Shown: positions 38,512 to 50,629 of the stretch, one piece after another
Numbering within the stretch: the stretch's first letter is position 1
Layout of the letters: each line of letters begins with the position of its first letter
Translations under genes and position numbers: made by a program
From: Octopus vulgaris
Taxonomy: Eukaryota
NCBI GenBank assembly: GCA_951406725.2
Contig: OX597815.1
Span: 128,774,001 to 128,838,000, forward strand
DNA length: 64,000 nucleotides
Reading direction: 5' to 3'
The notes under the pieces: generated by a model
The model's input: only the letters and a program-made list of their open reading frames with translations
What the model was told of the DNA's origin: nothing
The model's database searches: none

Positions 38512-38892
38512 CCAATATAAAGCTCGTCCACCTTCAGGTTTCACCCTGTGCAATCCAGTAGTAAGTATTATACGTACTTCCAGATTTGCGTTTGACCATC
38601 AAATTGAAATAACTACAATTGTTTCCACGCAACATAGTTCTCCAGGCATGCAGGGAAACGCTTGCATAATTAAGTACCTGTACGCCTGGAGAACTACGTT
38701 GTGTAGAAACAATTGTAGTGATAGAAAATAAATGTCCAACCATACTCCTTCTTGTTGACTCCATATTATTTCAATTATAGATATATAAAATTAAATACTA
38801 ATCACTTTAGTTTTCAAAATATAATTGTTCACATAACATATATATATATATATATATATATATAGATGTAATATGAATGAGCATGTGTGTGA

Positions 38893-39186
38893 GGGAGCAT
38901 GGCTGAGTGGTTAGGGTGTTGCACTCACGATCTAGCGATCATGATTTCAAATCCTAGATCGGATGGTGCGTTGCGTTCATGAGTAAAACACTTCATCACA
39001 CGTTGCTGTGCGATCACTTCGACATCTGCTGCGTGACACAGTGCACTCGCTCAGACAACGTCGATTTGATGGAGAGAGTGAACTAATGGGCGACACGAAC
39101 ATTTGATCACTATAAACAAATCATTTGCGCGGGTCATTCGGCAAAAGCTGAACGCTCATCGGTCGTCTTGGACGAGAGAGTCCAAC
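38893..39186 (+). mobile_element. tRNA-derived SINE (CpG-rich)
   Basis: tggctgagtggttagg A box, ttcaaatcc B box, (ac)n tail. Confidence 0.7.
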
Positions 39187-39600
39187 ACACACACAGATCA
39201 AGATTCGAGTGAATCTGGGACTTACATAGTAAGGCACCGAGTAGGGTTGAAAAGTAAAATGCGTATACAACAAAAATAGACGAATACATATGCGGGTACC
39301 GAAGTACAGGCAGAATGATATCCAGGTTATGTATACGATTAACTATACCTGATTGAGCATATCGTGAGCCCTGAGGCTAATCAGAAAACATCTATTGCAC
39401 TAGATGTATGGTCCATAATATACTTCGGATCTACAGAAGAAGCTGGTCCCGAATGAGGTGAATAATAAATAAATAAAGACAGATGAATAATGTGTCAATC
39501 CACTACAGCTGTTTCCAGACATTACATCATCAGAAAAAAACGTTTTCTTCAGGTGAATACATGAATCACAACATGTTAATACTAAATCAAATTTCACAAA

Positions 39601-39670
<70 letters not shown>

Positions 39671-39671
<1 letters not shown>

Positions 39672-40704
39672 TAGCAGTATCGCCAAGCGTTGCTCGGGTT
39701 TGTAAGGGAAATAACTATATAAGCATTTTTAGAGAGTTACTTCCCTTATAGATGCCAATTCGGGCTTTCTTAGCCATTTTTGTTTTGGTGTCTTCAAGCC
39801 ATGAAGTCGTTGTTCTAAAAGAACGCTGGTCTCCTTGACAACGCATTACGACGTTGATTTCCTTAAACTCCCTTCCCCACAGCTTCACGAGGGAGGGAAG
39901 AAGGGGGAGAAGCAAACACAGGTGCAGGTGTTTGAGCGTGGACGCCAACTCCGCCGCCATCGACACACGAAAAATTATGCATTAAAATGGAATAAAAAAT
40001 GATGTTAAATTATTTTTAAAATCGTAGACTCATCGTAGACGCGCGCTAATAGCCAGACGGGCTCGATATTAATCACGACTATAAGATACCCGAATTTGGT
40101 TAAACTGCACCGCAAAATGTGGGAGGAGTTAAAAATCTAAATCGAAGGGGACAGACACTCACACAACTACAGTTTTATATATATAGTATATATATATATA
40201 TATATACTAGCAGTATCGCCCGGCGTTGCTCGGGTTTGTAAGGGAAATAACTATATAAGCATTTTTAGAGAGTTATAGCTTGCCTTATAGACGCCAATTC
40301 GGGCTTTCTTAGCCATTTCTGTTTTGGTGTCTTCAAGCCATGAAGTCGTTGTTCTAAAAGAACGCTGGTTTCCTTAACAACGCATTACGACGTTGATTTC
40401 TTTACACTCCCTTCCCCACAGCTTCACGAGGGAGGGAAGGGGGAGAAGCAACAGGTGCAGCTGTGAGCGTGGACGCCAACTCCGCCGCTATCGACACACG
40501 ATGCATTTTATGCATTAAAATGGAATAAAAAATGATGTTAAATTATTTTTAAAATCGTAGACTCATCGTTGACGCGCGCTAATACTCAGACGGGCTCGAT
40601 ATGAATCACGACTATAAGATACCCGAATTTGGTTAAACTGCACCGCAAAATGTGGGAGTAGTTAGGAATCTAAATCGAAGGGGACAGACACTCACACAAC
40701 TACA

Positions 40705-40751
<47 letters not shown>

Positions 40752-41220
40752 TATATAAGCATTTTTAGAGAGTTATAGCAAAAAAATGCATTAAAAATGG
40801 AATAAAAAATGATGATAATTTTTTTTTTTAATCGTTGACTCAGTGTCTTCAAGCCATGAAGTCGTTGTTCTAAAAGAACGCTGGTTTCCTTAACAACGCA
40901 TTACGACGTTGATTTCTTTACACTCCCTTCCCCACAGCTTCACGAGGGAGGGAAGGGGGAGAAGCAAACAGGTGCAGCTATGAGCGTGGACGCCAACTCC
41001 GCCGCTATCGACACACGATGCATTTTATGCATTAAAATGGAATAAAAATGATGTTAAATTATTTTTAAAATCGTAGACTCATCGTTGACGCGCGCTAATA
41101 GTCAGACGGGCTCGATATGAATCACGACTATAAGATACCCGAATTTGGTTAAACTGCACCGCAAAACGTGGGAGGAGTTAGGAATCTAAATCGAAGGGGA
41201 CAGACACTCACACAACTAGA

Positions 41221-41235
<15 letters not shown>
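39671..41235 (-). mobile_element. Three tandem non-autonomous Helitrons separated by (TA)n
   Basis: Copies 39671-~40186, 40207-~40710 and 40751-~41235 (the last lacks the 3' hairpin). Same family as 3972-4465. Confidence 0.87.
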
Positions 41236-41260
<25 letters not shown>

Positions 41261-41557
41261 CTCTCTCACTTTATGTGTATATATATATAAAATATATACC
41301 TTCATTTTTTTCTTTCGTTTTAGTTCATTTTTCCATGTTTGCTCTTTCTGATACAAGCTCGTATTTCCTTTTCTAAGTAAGTATACCATATCTTACTGAT
41401 TTCAGCGATATAAAAAAAAATGCAAACAAACATACGCGTGCGCACACATTCACACACTCTGCTATATTGTAGGGTTGCCAAAAGCTTATGAGTAGATAAG
41501 GTGGATGGAAACTGAAAAACGACCATTTGTACGTATATATGTATTATTTATGCTTCT

Positions 41558-41588
<31 letters not shown>

Positions 41589-41594
41589 CACATA

Positions 41595-42795
41595 TTAGGT
41601 TGGTTCACATGAAATGTCACATTTTTAATTACTTGTTATTTCAGTCATCTAAAAACTCAGTTATGTATACCTTGCATTTAATCTTGACTCGTACCTACAG
41701 ACCTTATGAAAATGATAATAACCAAACTATGTTGAGTGATTTTCTCGTATGAGTACAAACTGGGTCACTCTGCCGCAGAAGCTCTACGGAATATAAAGCA
41801 GACCTTTGGTAATGGTTTTGTTGACATCAAAACTGTTCAGAGATGGTTCCAAAGCTCTCGTTCAGGAGATGATAGCCTTGAAAATAAACCAAGGGGTATG
41901 CCAAAAGAAATTATTCAGCATGGTGGATTAAATGCTTTGGTTGAACAAAATCCGAGAACAAAGGTTCGAAAACTTTCATCAGAACTCCAAACATCTTGCA
42001 CAACTGATTTTGGATACCTGTAAAAAATTGGAAAAGTCAAGAAACCAGATAGGTTTGTTCCACATCAACTAAACGAGATTAAATAAAAAAGTCGCCCAGA
42101 AGTGTGCTCCTTATTGCTTTCTCGACTGGAAAAAGACCATTTCTGCATCAAATCATTACTTGTGATGAAAAATGGATACTCTTTGACAACAGCAGGAAAA
42201 CAGGACAGTGACTAGATGCAGGACTACCCAAACCCATCATTGCCTCCTAAAACGTTTGTGGCCACTGTATGGTGGTCTGAGAAGGGAGTTATTGATTATT
42301 CATTTTTGCAACAAGGAAAAACGGTAACAGCAACATCGTATTGCCAGGAAATTGATTGTATGCATGAGAATTTGAAAAAGAAGCAACCCAGACTAGTCTA
42401 TAGAGATGGCCCGATTTTGTTCCACAACAATGTATGTCCTCACACTCCTCAGGCTACGGTCCAAAAGTTACAAAGCATGAATTATGAAATTTTGCAACAT
42501 TCTCCCAATTCCCCTGATATATCTCCTACTGATCAGCACTTAAGCAAAACTGAGCTTTTCATAAGCGACAAAACATTCTTAAATACAGAAGAGGTATTTG
42601 AAGCATTCGGACAGTCTAGCACAGTAAACGATGATTTTTTTCTTATTAAAGATGGAATACATGACAGAGAAACGCTGGGTAAACGTCATAAATGAACATG
42701 GATCATACTTTGATTAAATAAATCAGTTCTCTAACACTTTTTGAAACATTTTATTGTTATCTTTCAAATACGACAGTCTATGGGAAACAGCCTAA
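41595..42795 (+). mobile_element. Full-length decayed mariner (Tc1/mariner) transposon
   Basis: Imperfect TIRs ttaggttggttcacat / atgggaaacagcctaa, TA on the left. Transposase remnants YEYKLGHSAAEA..TVQRWF, TCDEKW, TVWW, SPDISPTD with stops and frameshifts. Confidence 0.9.
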
Positions 42796-42827
42796 AATAT
42801 GTGTGTGTGTGTGTGTGTGTGTACATA

Positions 42828-42907
42828 GGCGATGGTAAAGAATACGCACACCCGGTGTTTAGAGTTAGGGTTACGCCGAAAACGGGTGCGTATTCTTTAT
42901 CCCCGTC
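42828..42907. mobile_element. 80-bp fold-back mini-MITE with internal TTAGGG
   Basis: Arms share taaagaatacgcac / gtgcgtattcttta. ATA flanks both sides. Confidence 0.65.
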
Positions 42908-44358
42908 ATACGCGCGCGCACGTATTGTGTGAGAATTTACAAAAAAATAACAAAAGCCGAAGATGGATGGGTAAACAATGTATGCATGTATGTATGTATG
43001 CATGCTTCTACGTATGTATGTATATGTGTATGTGTGTGTGCATACATACACACACACACACAGATGGAGAATATTTTAAAACGAGACAGTGCAATCGTAT
43101 CTGATTATTTAAGTTTTTCAATTGTGTATATGTACATATATTTACTAGACTGCTGACATTTATCAATGGTTTTTCCCATTGTGTTAATGCACCATTTTCT
43201 ATCATTAATAAAACCGTCGGCATTTTTGACGACACGGGTATGCTAGTAGTAATAAACGATATGATAGTAACGAAAACCAATGAACGTAAGTTCCAATTCT
43301 TCAGGTTTAAATTGAGTTTGCTTTCATTAAAAAGTTCCTCCACCCTTTATTGTAACTATAGTTCATATCTTCAGATTACAGTGTTAAGTGGTAGTACATG
43401 TAGCGATTCTTAGAGGAGTAAAGCAATAAAATTATCTCATTTTAAACCATTTTATTTTATTTTTTGTCGGTGAGAACTGAATAAAAATATTTGAGCAAAG
43501 TAACTAGGAAAAATATTTGATTTAAATCATCTTACAATGTCTTCTAATATAATAAATGCGCATGTGAGTGTGTCGCACTTTTTCAACTTTACTCTTAAAG
43601 GCCGTAACCCAATATATCATACCATTTTGGAATCAGGCCGGCCCCGTGAGTAAATTAAAAACATTCCGGGCCGAATCTGGACCTATAATCCAGAAATTTT
43701 GGTTTTCCAAGTTTTCATTATTGCGATTGTTTCCGGCGATTTTTTTTACATGATTTTTTTTGCGACGAATCTTTTTGTACGATAACTATTTTTATAACTT
43801 GGAAATAAATTTTAGGAAAATTGAAATTAATTGCAAAATTCAGCGATTATTTTCGGCGATTTTTTTAGTTGATTTTTTTTTTTGCGACGAATACGATCAT
43901 CTTTGGGATATGACTCTGGAGGAAGCAATTCTCCAAAACAAACTTGAGATCTATTTCCAGATCTTCCCATTCGGGGTCAGTAGCTTAAAAGCTTTATACT
44001 AGCTTAAAAGCCGCTAGTAGTTAATAATAACTGTATACAATAATTTCATTATTATATTTGCGTTGCACAAAAAACTCAAATTCTCACTTAACGACTTTCA
44101 AGGAATTTAAACGTTGTTTTGTAAACATAGACGCAACCATGGCGTTTAACGTTTTGATTTACATAATAATTTATCAAGGATTATAATAAATTTTAAAAGT
44201 TCGGAGTTCGGCATGTATTTTGATTCAATTGTTGCATTTGTATAATAAAATGTAAAATATACAAACATTACATTCGACCACAATATAAATATATAAAGTA
44301 TGGGGATTTAGTTCACAGGTGATCTAAGCGATAAGGTACACCACGAAAGTGCTGTAAC

Positions 44359-44410
<52 letters not shown>

Positions 44411-44535
44411 GAGTAAACACATAAATGTGAAACAAGGTGGGAAAAAAAAAAAAATATATATATATATATGTTAATATTTAACAGAAGTAACAGAGTGGCT
44501 AAAGGTCCGAGAGTTTCGTGCGTTGGCAATATAGC

Positions 44536-44573
<38 letters not shown>

Positions 44574-44742
44574 GGCATTTATATTTGAGTACCAGAATAT
44601 TCACAAATTCTTTTTCGTGCATGATTCTATCATCTTTTCGATACTTTATTTCTAAATCGGAGTTTCTGAAGTAATGCAAGTTTTTCCTTCTGTGCATGAT
44701 TATTCTGAAAAACCATCTCAATCACCATTCACTGACTCTTCG

Positions 44743-44758
44743 ACACACACACACACAT

Positions 44759-44827
<69 letters not shown>
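44743..44827. repeat. (CA)n microsatellite
   Basis: Direct reading. Confidence 0.95.
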
Positions 44828-44829
<2 letters not shown>

Positions 44830-45031
44830 GTCCCCTTGTGATTATTTTCTTCTCATTTTACATAAAACTGAGAAAAGCAACCATGTGATGTCTCATGTAT
44901 GTGTGTGCGTGTGAAAATTCTTGAAATAAAGACCAAGGAAACCAGAAATCCGAAAAGGACTCTGTACAAGTTAACTATAAATGTAGATCAACTGTTATAT
45001 AGAGTTAATGTTTTAGCAACGGTCGACTCAC

Positions 45032-45155
45032 CCCAATTATGGCAAGTCCGCCCCATAATCGTGTTCTTGTCCGGGTTATAAAGGAACTTCTTCATTCTTT
45101 TATGCCATTTAGGCTTAGTTACAGATTTACGCCTGGCATTATTAGGTTCCGTCAT
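45032..45155 (-). CDS. ATP1B: Na+/K+-ATPase beta subunit, coding exon 1 (cytoplasmic N-terminus)
   Basis: Minus strand reads MTEPNNARRKSVTKPKWHKRMKKFLYNPDKNTIMGRTCHNW+G, matching the beta-subunit FxxNxxxxxxxGRTxxxW motif. Donor GTGAGT at 45031; phase 1 matches the next exon. Confidence 0.92.
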
Positions 45156-45450
45156 ACTTGTATTTCTGCAAACGTCACTTCAACAAGAGTTAGAATGACT
45201 ATGGTTATTGTCTGATTCTGGTCAGAGATTCCACTGGATTCCAATGACGTAGCGTCAGCTCCAACAATACTCACCTTACCCCGTCACCCAACTTCACGTT
45301 TATATATTTTTTTTAAGTATTTACAAAACCAGGATGAAATACAATTTATGGCAATGTTGTGTCTTTACGTAATGACTGTCCTTCACCTCCGGTACAAAAC
45401 TGAGCTCAGACATTTATTTTCCAAATAAAACTTCATTTTATGTGAGTAAC
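45156..45450 (-). promoter_or_regulatory. Candidate promoter / 5' UTR region of the beta-subunit gene
   Basis: Unique, CpG-retaining sequence upstream of the ATG. TATATAAA on the minus strand near 45299-45306. CRE-like TGACGT/ACGTCA motifs. Possible short 5' UTR intron (donor near 45274-45279, acceptor ending 45166). Confidence 0.35.
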
Positions 45451-45490
45451 CGCTAAGATTAAACTGAGTTAATTAATATTCTGTATATTT

Positions 45491-45908
45491 TACTCTTTAC
45501 TCTTTTACTCTATTTTACTTGTTTCAATCATTTGACTGCGGCCATGCTGGAGCACCGCCTTTAGACGAGCAAATCGACCTCAGGACTTATTCTTTGGAAG
45601 CCTAGTACTTATTCTATCGGTATCTTTTGCCGAACCGCTAAGTTACGGGGACATAAACACACCACCATCGGTTGTCAAGCGATGTTGTGGGAGACACATA
45701 GACACACAAACATATATACACACATACATATATATATATGTACATATATACGACGGGCTTCTTTCATTTTCCATCTACCAAATCCACTCACAAGGGTTTG
45801 GTCGGCCCGAGGCTATAGTAAAAGACACTTGCCCAAGGTGCCACGCAGTGGGACTAAACCCGCAACCATGTGGTTGGTAAGTAAGCTACTTACCACACAG
45901 CCACTCTT
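45491..45908 (-). mobile_element. SINE family A (CpG-intact copy)
   Basis: Full-length copy followed by inverted tail fragments to about 46178. Confidence 0.85.
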
Positions 45909-46827
45909 GCGCCTGTTTATTTATTCTTTTTACTAGTTTCAGTCATTAGACTGCGGCCATGCTGGAACACCTCCCTAAAATTGAACCCAGTACCTATTTC
46001 TAAGTCTGCTACTTGATCTATCAGTCTGTTTACTCCCCTGTAACTTAGTAGTTCGGCCAAAGAGACTGATAGAATAAGTACTAGGCTTACAAAGAATAAG
46101 TACTGGGGCCGATTTGCTCGGCTAAAGGTGGTGCTCCAGCATAACCGCAGTCAAATGACTGAAACAAGTAAAAGAATACACTCACACACACATGGATATT
46201 TGTGTTGCTTTATTAAATGGATGCTTATATATACACTCACACCCATCCAGAAATAGACAGACATATAATTAGATTAATAACATTCAACAAAACAAAGTAA
46301 GAATGAAAGAAAATTCCAGATGAATTAAGACAACAGAACGAAAAATTTTATGTATATAGCAAAAAAGGTGTTGCAAAAGTATGTAGGAAACCACTCCCCA
46401 TTTCATATGATTGGGTCCAGATAATTACAATCTAGGTCAAACATCTAAAATATTTCACAAAGACTTTTCAATGCAATCAATGAAGACTTCAAGCATACAA
46501 AACAGTGTCGTGTGTGAACTTCCATATGGCCGATTTCTTGAGAAATATAATTTACCAGAACCAGCAGACAGTGTTATGTTATTCAATGAGAATGTTTTCA
46601 TTTCTTCAGTTCTGTTTCTCTCCTCTTGTAGAGTTTCAGCCTTGAACTGATTATGGTAATGTTGTTTAATGAATAGCATTGACTAAGCATAGCAAACACA
46701 TGTGTGCATGCATATGTGTGAGTGCTTGTTTGTGTGGTGTGACAGTGTGTCTATGCAGATGTTTGCACTCATGCATAAGTATGTGAATGTATGCATGGAT
46801 CTCTCTCTGTCTCTCTATTTATATATA

Positions 46828-47191
46828 TTCTTTTACTTGTTTCAGTCATTTGACTGCGGCCATGCTGGAGCATCACCTTTAGGTGAACAAATTGACTCCC
46901 AGGACTTATTCTCTGTAAGCCTAGTACTTATTCTGTGAGTCTCTTTTGCCGAACCGCTAAGTTACAGGGACATAAACACACCAACAACAGTTGTCAAATG
47001 ATGGTGGGAGGACAAACACTAACACACAAACATATATATGATAGCCTTCTTTCAGTTTCCATCTACCAAATCCACTCACAAGGCTGTGGTTGGCCCAAGG
47101 CTATAGTAGAAGACACTCGCCCAAGATTCCATGCAGTGGGACTGAACCCAGAACCATGTGGTTGAGAATCAAGTTTCTTACCACACAGCCA
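46828..47191 (-). mobile_element. SINE family A
   Basis: Full-length copy. Confidence 0.85.
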
Positions 47192-48828
47192 TTTAGACAG
47201 ATACATACATAGATTGATCAATGCATGTTGTAAAGTTAGTTTATAATCATTCACAGTCAACAATTCACATTGTCATTTCTCAGGATGGCAGACACATTCT
47301 TTCAGATGTCTGTAAGAACACACACACAGAGAAACTCTGGAGTAGCAGCAAAGGAAATCACCAGCTTTGAACAAGTAGTAAAGTATCATGTTCATAATTA
47401 TTATGTTACGGGTTCAATCCTTAAGCTAAGCTGCATTTTGTATCTTTAAATAATGAGCTTCATTTCTCATTGATTCAGTCCACTCAGCTGAAAATAAGAA
47501 CAAGCAGCAGCTGGGATGGGTTTAACTCTGCAATGATCTAGTGTTTCCATTCAAGAGGGGAATGTATTCATTTGCTTAAATGCCAGAGAACCTGGGAGAA
47601 GTTCCAACCTTAATGGGCCTGTGAGCTCAACAGACAGCTAGAATTCTCTCCAGACAATCTGAGCCAGTACATTTTGGTTTGGTTATATTCCCAGCATTCC
47701 CTTTTGAACATTAGTGATCTTCAAAAAGTTCTCATGGTATTACTCCAATATAAATAACACTATCTTTCACACCTTAACCCTCCGTACAGTTGTGATAACA
47801 TCATAATATATCATGAACACTCCCGTTGTTAGATGATGGATGAGGGTTATGCAATTTCTTGCTGAACGACCACACAGATGGGTTTTTTTTTATAGTGATG
47901 AAATGTTTGTGTTCACTTAAGCTCACTCCCTCTATCAAACTGATGTTGCCTGTATGGGGGCACAAATGTGCCACAAGTCAAATGTTGAAATGATTGCAGA
48001 GCAATGTGAAATGAAGTAGTTTGCTCAAGAACACAATGCAACACCCAGTCTTGGAATTGAAACTGTGATCAGGAGTGTAACACTCTAACCACTTGGCCAT
48101 GTTTTCACCATACACACACACAAAACTCACATGCTATATTACCTATACAAATAAACTCTATTCAAAGGAGAAGTCAGTTCATTTATTCACTCAAGACTGT
48201 TGATCCACTTTTTCATGAAATACTCAGAGTTCCTCACTGTAAGTAATCCTTCCGATTTTAAAAACAATGTTGTCTGAAGGACTGCTTATAAAGAGAAACT
48301 ATGTAGCAATGCAGTGAATAATCAGCTTCAAACAAATGATGTGGGTGTGTGTATGTGTACAGAGGGAGAGAAATAATAGCTGTATATATATGTGTGTGTG
48401 TGTGTGTGTGCCTGTAAAATCTTGTATCTCTGCCGTAAGGCTTTATTTCCACACACACCAGCTTGATTTAATTCGTCTTTACTCAAATGACACCTGTTGT
48501 TATGTCCTGTTATTATTTTTATTGTATTTGTGCAACATTGTCTGTTTTTTTCCATCCTTGTTTTTGTATACATTCGCTGCTTTCTTCCAAGAAATCTAAT
48601 GCTCTTAGCTTAGTTTTTCCTTGGGGCTGGCCAAATTGGAGCAATCTTGAGTATAATCAGCAGAAATTGCGAAGATAATCTGGTACTCAACTGAGGAAAG
48701 AAAACTTCGAATGACCCGTCCTTGGTTTCTTTGTATCATATATCTGGATGTTTTGTTGTCTCATTTTTGTATCACCTAACTGTCCGGATGTTTTGCATTC
48801 TTGTCCCATTTTGTATTTTATATATATA

Positions 48829-49228
48829 CTAGCAGCATAGCCCGGCGTTGCCCGGGTATGTAAGAGCCCCTAGTAGGCAACGACTAATCCCAATCTAGTT
48901 CTTTCCCTCTAGGGAATGAAGGCACATGTGTAGGTTGCAATGTCTTCTCTTCACTCGAATACTTCTATGTATACGATGTTCCTAGCTGTCTCCCGACAGA
49001 AAATGTGTTGCATATAAAAAGCTTAGATTCTCGACCCCATGTCGAATTTATCGATTTTTTTCAGAACTAGGGGAGCTTTTCAAAATTTTTGCTGTGTTAG
49101 TTTTGAATTATGACATTGGGCTATGTGTGTGTCAAGTTTCATCAGAATTGGTTGAAAGCCGTGGTCAGGGTGAGGGTACAACCTGACAGACACACAGACA
49201 GACAAACTGCCGTTTATGTATAGAGAGA
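48829..49228 (-). mobile_element. Non-autonomous Helitron, second subfamily
   Basis: Plus strand ctagcagcatagcccggcgttgcccggg is the hairpin-CTAG terminus; gacagacaaac...tttatgtatagagaga marks the other end. Different internal sequence. Confidence 0.78.
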
Positions 49229-49229
49229 T

Positions 49230-49263
<34 letters not shown>

Positions 49264-49792
49264 GCATACACACACATATATGTACATATGCACAGGTATA
49301 CATATTTACATATAATTTTTATTCTTTTCATTTAGACTGGTGAAATCAGAAGTCACTTTTTCCATTTGAAGCTGTGTAGTTTGTTGTGAAAATACAAAGT
49401 TCCATCAGACTTTGGTTATGAGGAGTAAAGTTTGAGCAAAGTGCTGAGTGGAAATTTGTAACAGGAGACATAGTAGGTAGGTAGAGAGAGAGAGAGAGAG
49501 ATGTTGGTAATGAGTGTACTGGAGCAAAGATGTCCTGTAGTTTGCTATTTCATATGAGGAGATGCCATTAGAGTCACGGCCAAAGCGACAGAGAGGAAAC
49601 AGGATTTGTTTTTGTTTAGCTGCATGTCACTCCTTATCAAGATCAATATCTATGATAAAAGCTATACCAACCACGATTACTTCATCTATCCTTTAAAACA
49701 GAGGTTCTCAACAAGAGTCCATATGACCCTTAAGGGTCCATATAAGAGTTTGTTAAAATTCATCTGAAATAAGCGGGTTATACTTCTACAAT

Positions 49793-50040
49793 ACTCTTTT
49801 ACTTGTTTCAGTCATTTGACTGTGGCTATGCTGGGGCACTGCCTTTAGTCGAGCAAATCGACCCCAGGACTTATTCTTTGTAAGCCTAGTACTTATTCTA
49901 TCGGTCTCTGCTGCCGAACTGCTAAGTTATGGGGACATAAACACATCAACATCGGTTGTCAAGCGATGTTGGGGAGAGAAACACAGACACACAAACATAT
50001 GTACACACACACACACACACATATATATACACACACACAC

Positions 50041-50093
<53 letters not shown>

Positions 50094-50246
50094 GGCTTCT
50101 CTCTGTTTCTGTCTACCAAATCCACTCACAAGGCTTTGGTCGGCCTGAGGCTATAGTAGAAGACACATGCCCAAGGTGCCACGCAGTGGGACTGAACCCA
50201 GAACCATGTGGTTGGTAAGCAAGCTACTTACCACACAGCCACTCCT
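49793..50246 (-). mobile_element. SINE family A nested in the hAT MITE
   Basis: Full-length copy with expanded (TA)n. Confidence 0.85.
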
Positions 50247-50312
50247 ACACAAAATATTTTAATAATTACTTCTATGTAATTCCTAACAAAATTTAATTAT
50301 AAAAATATAAGA

Positions 50313-50629
50313 CAATTGCAGTGTGGAAGGTTTTTATAAGCCATTTAAAAACACATAAAAACCGTTAGATTCACTTCAACATTTAAATTTAATTTGCCAA
50401 AATATTTTCATCACTTTGAGATGCAGCATAGAATTTTGTCACTGATCAGGTCGCGGTCTCAAAGTGACGAAAATATTTTGGCAAATTAAATTTAAATGTT
50501 GAAGTGAATCTAACGGTTTTTGTGTGTTTTTTAATGGCTTATAAACACCTTCTATGCTGCAATTGTTTTTGTTTCAGCACATGATCTCTGATCAAGTCAC
50601 TTGCTATGCAAGTACATCTCCGTAATATA
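50313..50629 (+). mobile_element. Fold-back Penelope-like insertion with a hammerhead-like motif
   Basis: Inverted arms of about 110 bp (50313-50421 and 50457-50566) followed by a short tail. Confidence 0.68.
50435..50485 (+). ncRNA. Minimal hammerhead-like fold (3:8 pair mismatched)
   Basis: tttgtca CTGATCA g gtcgc [ggtctcaaa] gtgac GAAA atatt t tggcaaa. 7-bp stem I, 5-bp stem II. Confidence 0.5.

Noticed and set aside
33772-41235. Repeat arrays superficially like CRISPR, and recurring short ORFs (LPSLVKLWGRECKEINVV...)
   Set aside because: Eukaryotic context, units of 380-520 bp with Helitron termini, and no unique spacers or cas genes. The ORFs recur only because the repeat does and are frameshifted between copies.
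44139-44186. ATG in strong Kozak context (accATGG) on the plus strand
   Set aside because: The frame closes after 15 codons and no splice donor is present.
44470-44535. Minus-strand cgcacgaaactctcgg, resembling the 3' half of a hammerhead
   Set aside because: Truncated by (TA)n; the 5' core is absent.
48420-48820. Repeat-like segment with ggctgg...cagcagaaattg resembling a hammerhead stem II plus GAAA
   Set aside because: No CUGANGA-like core at the required position.
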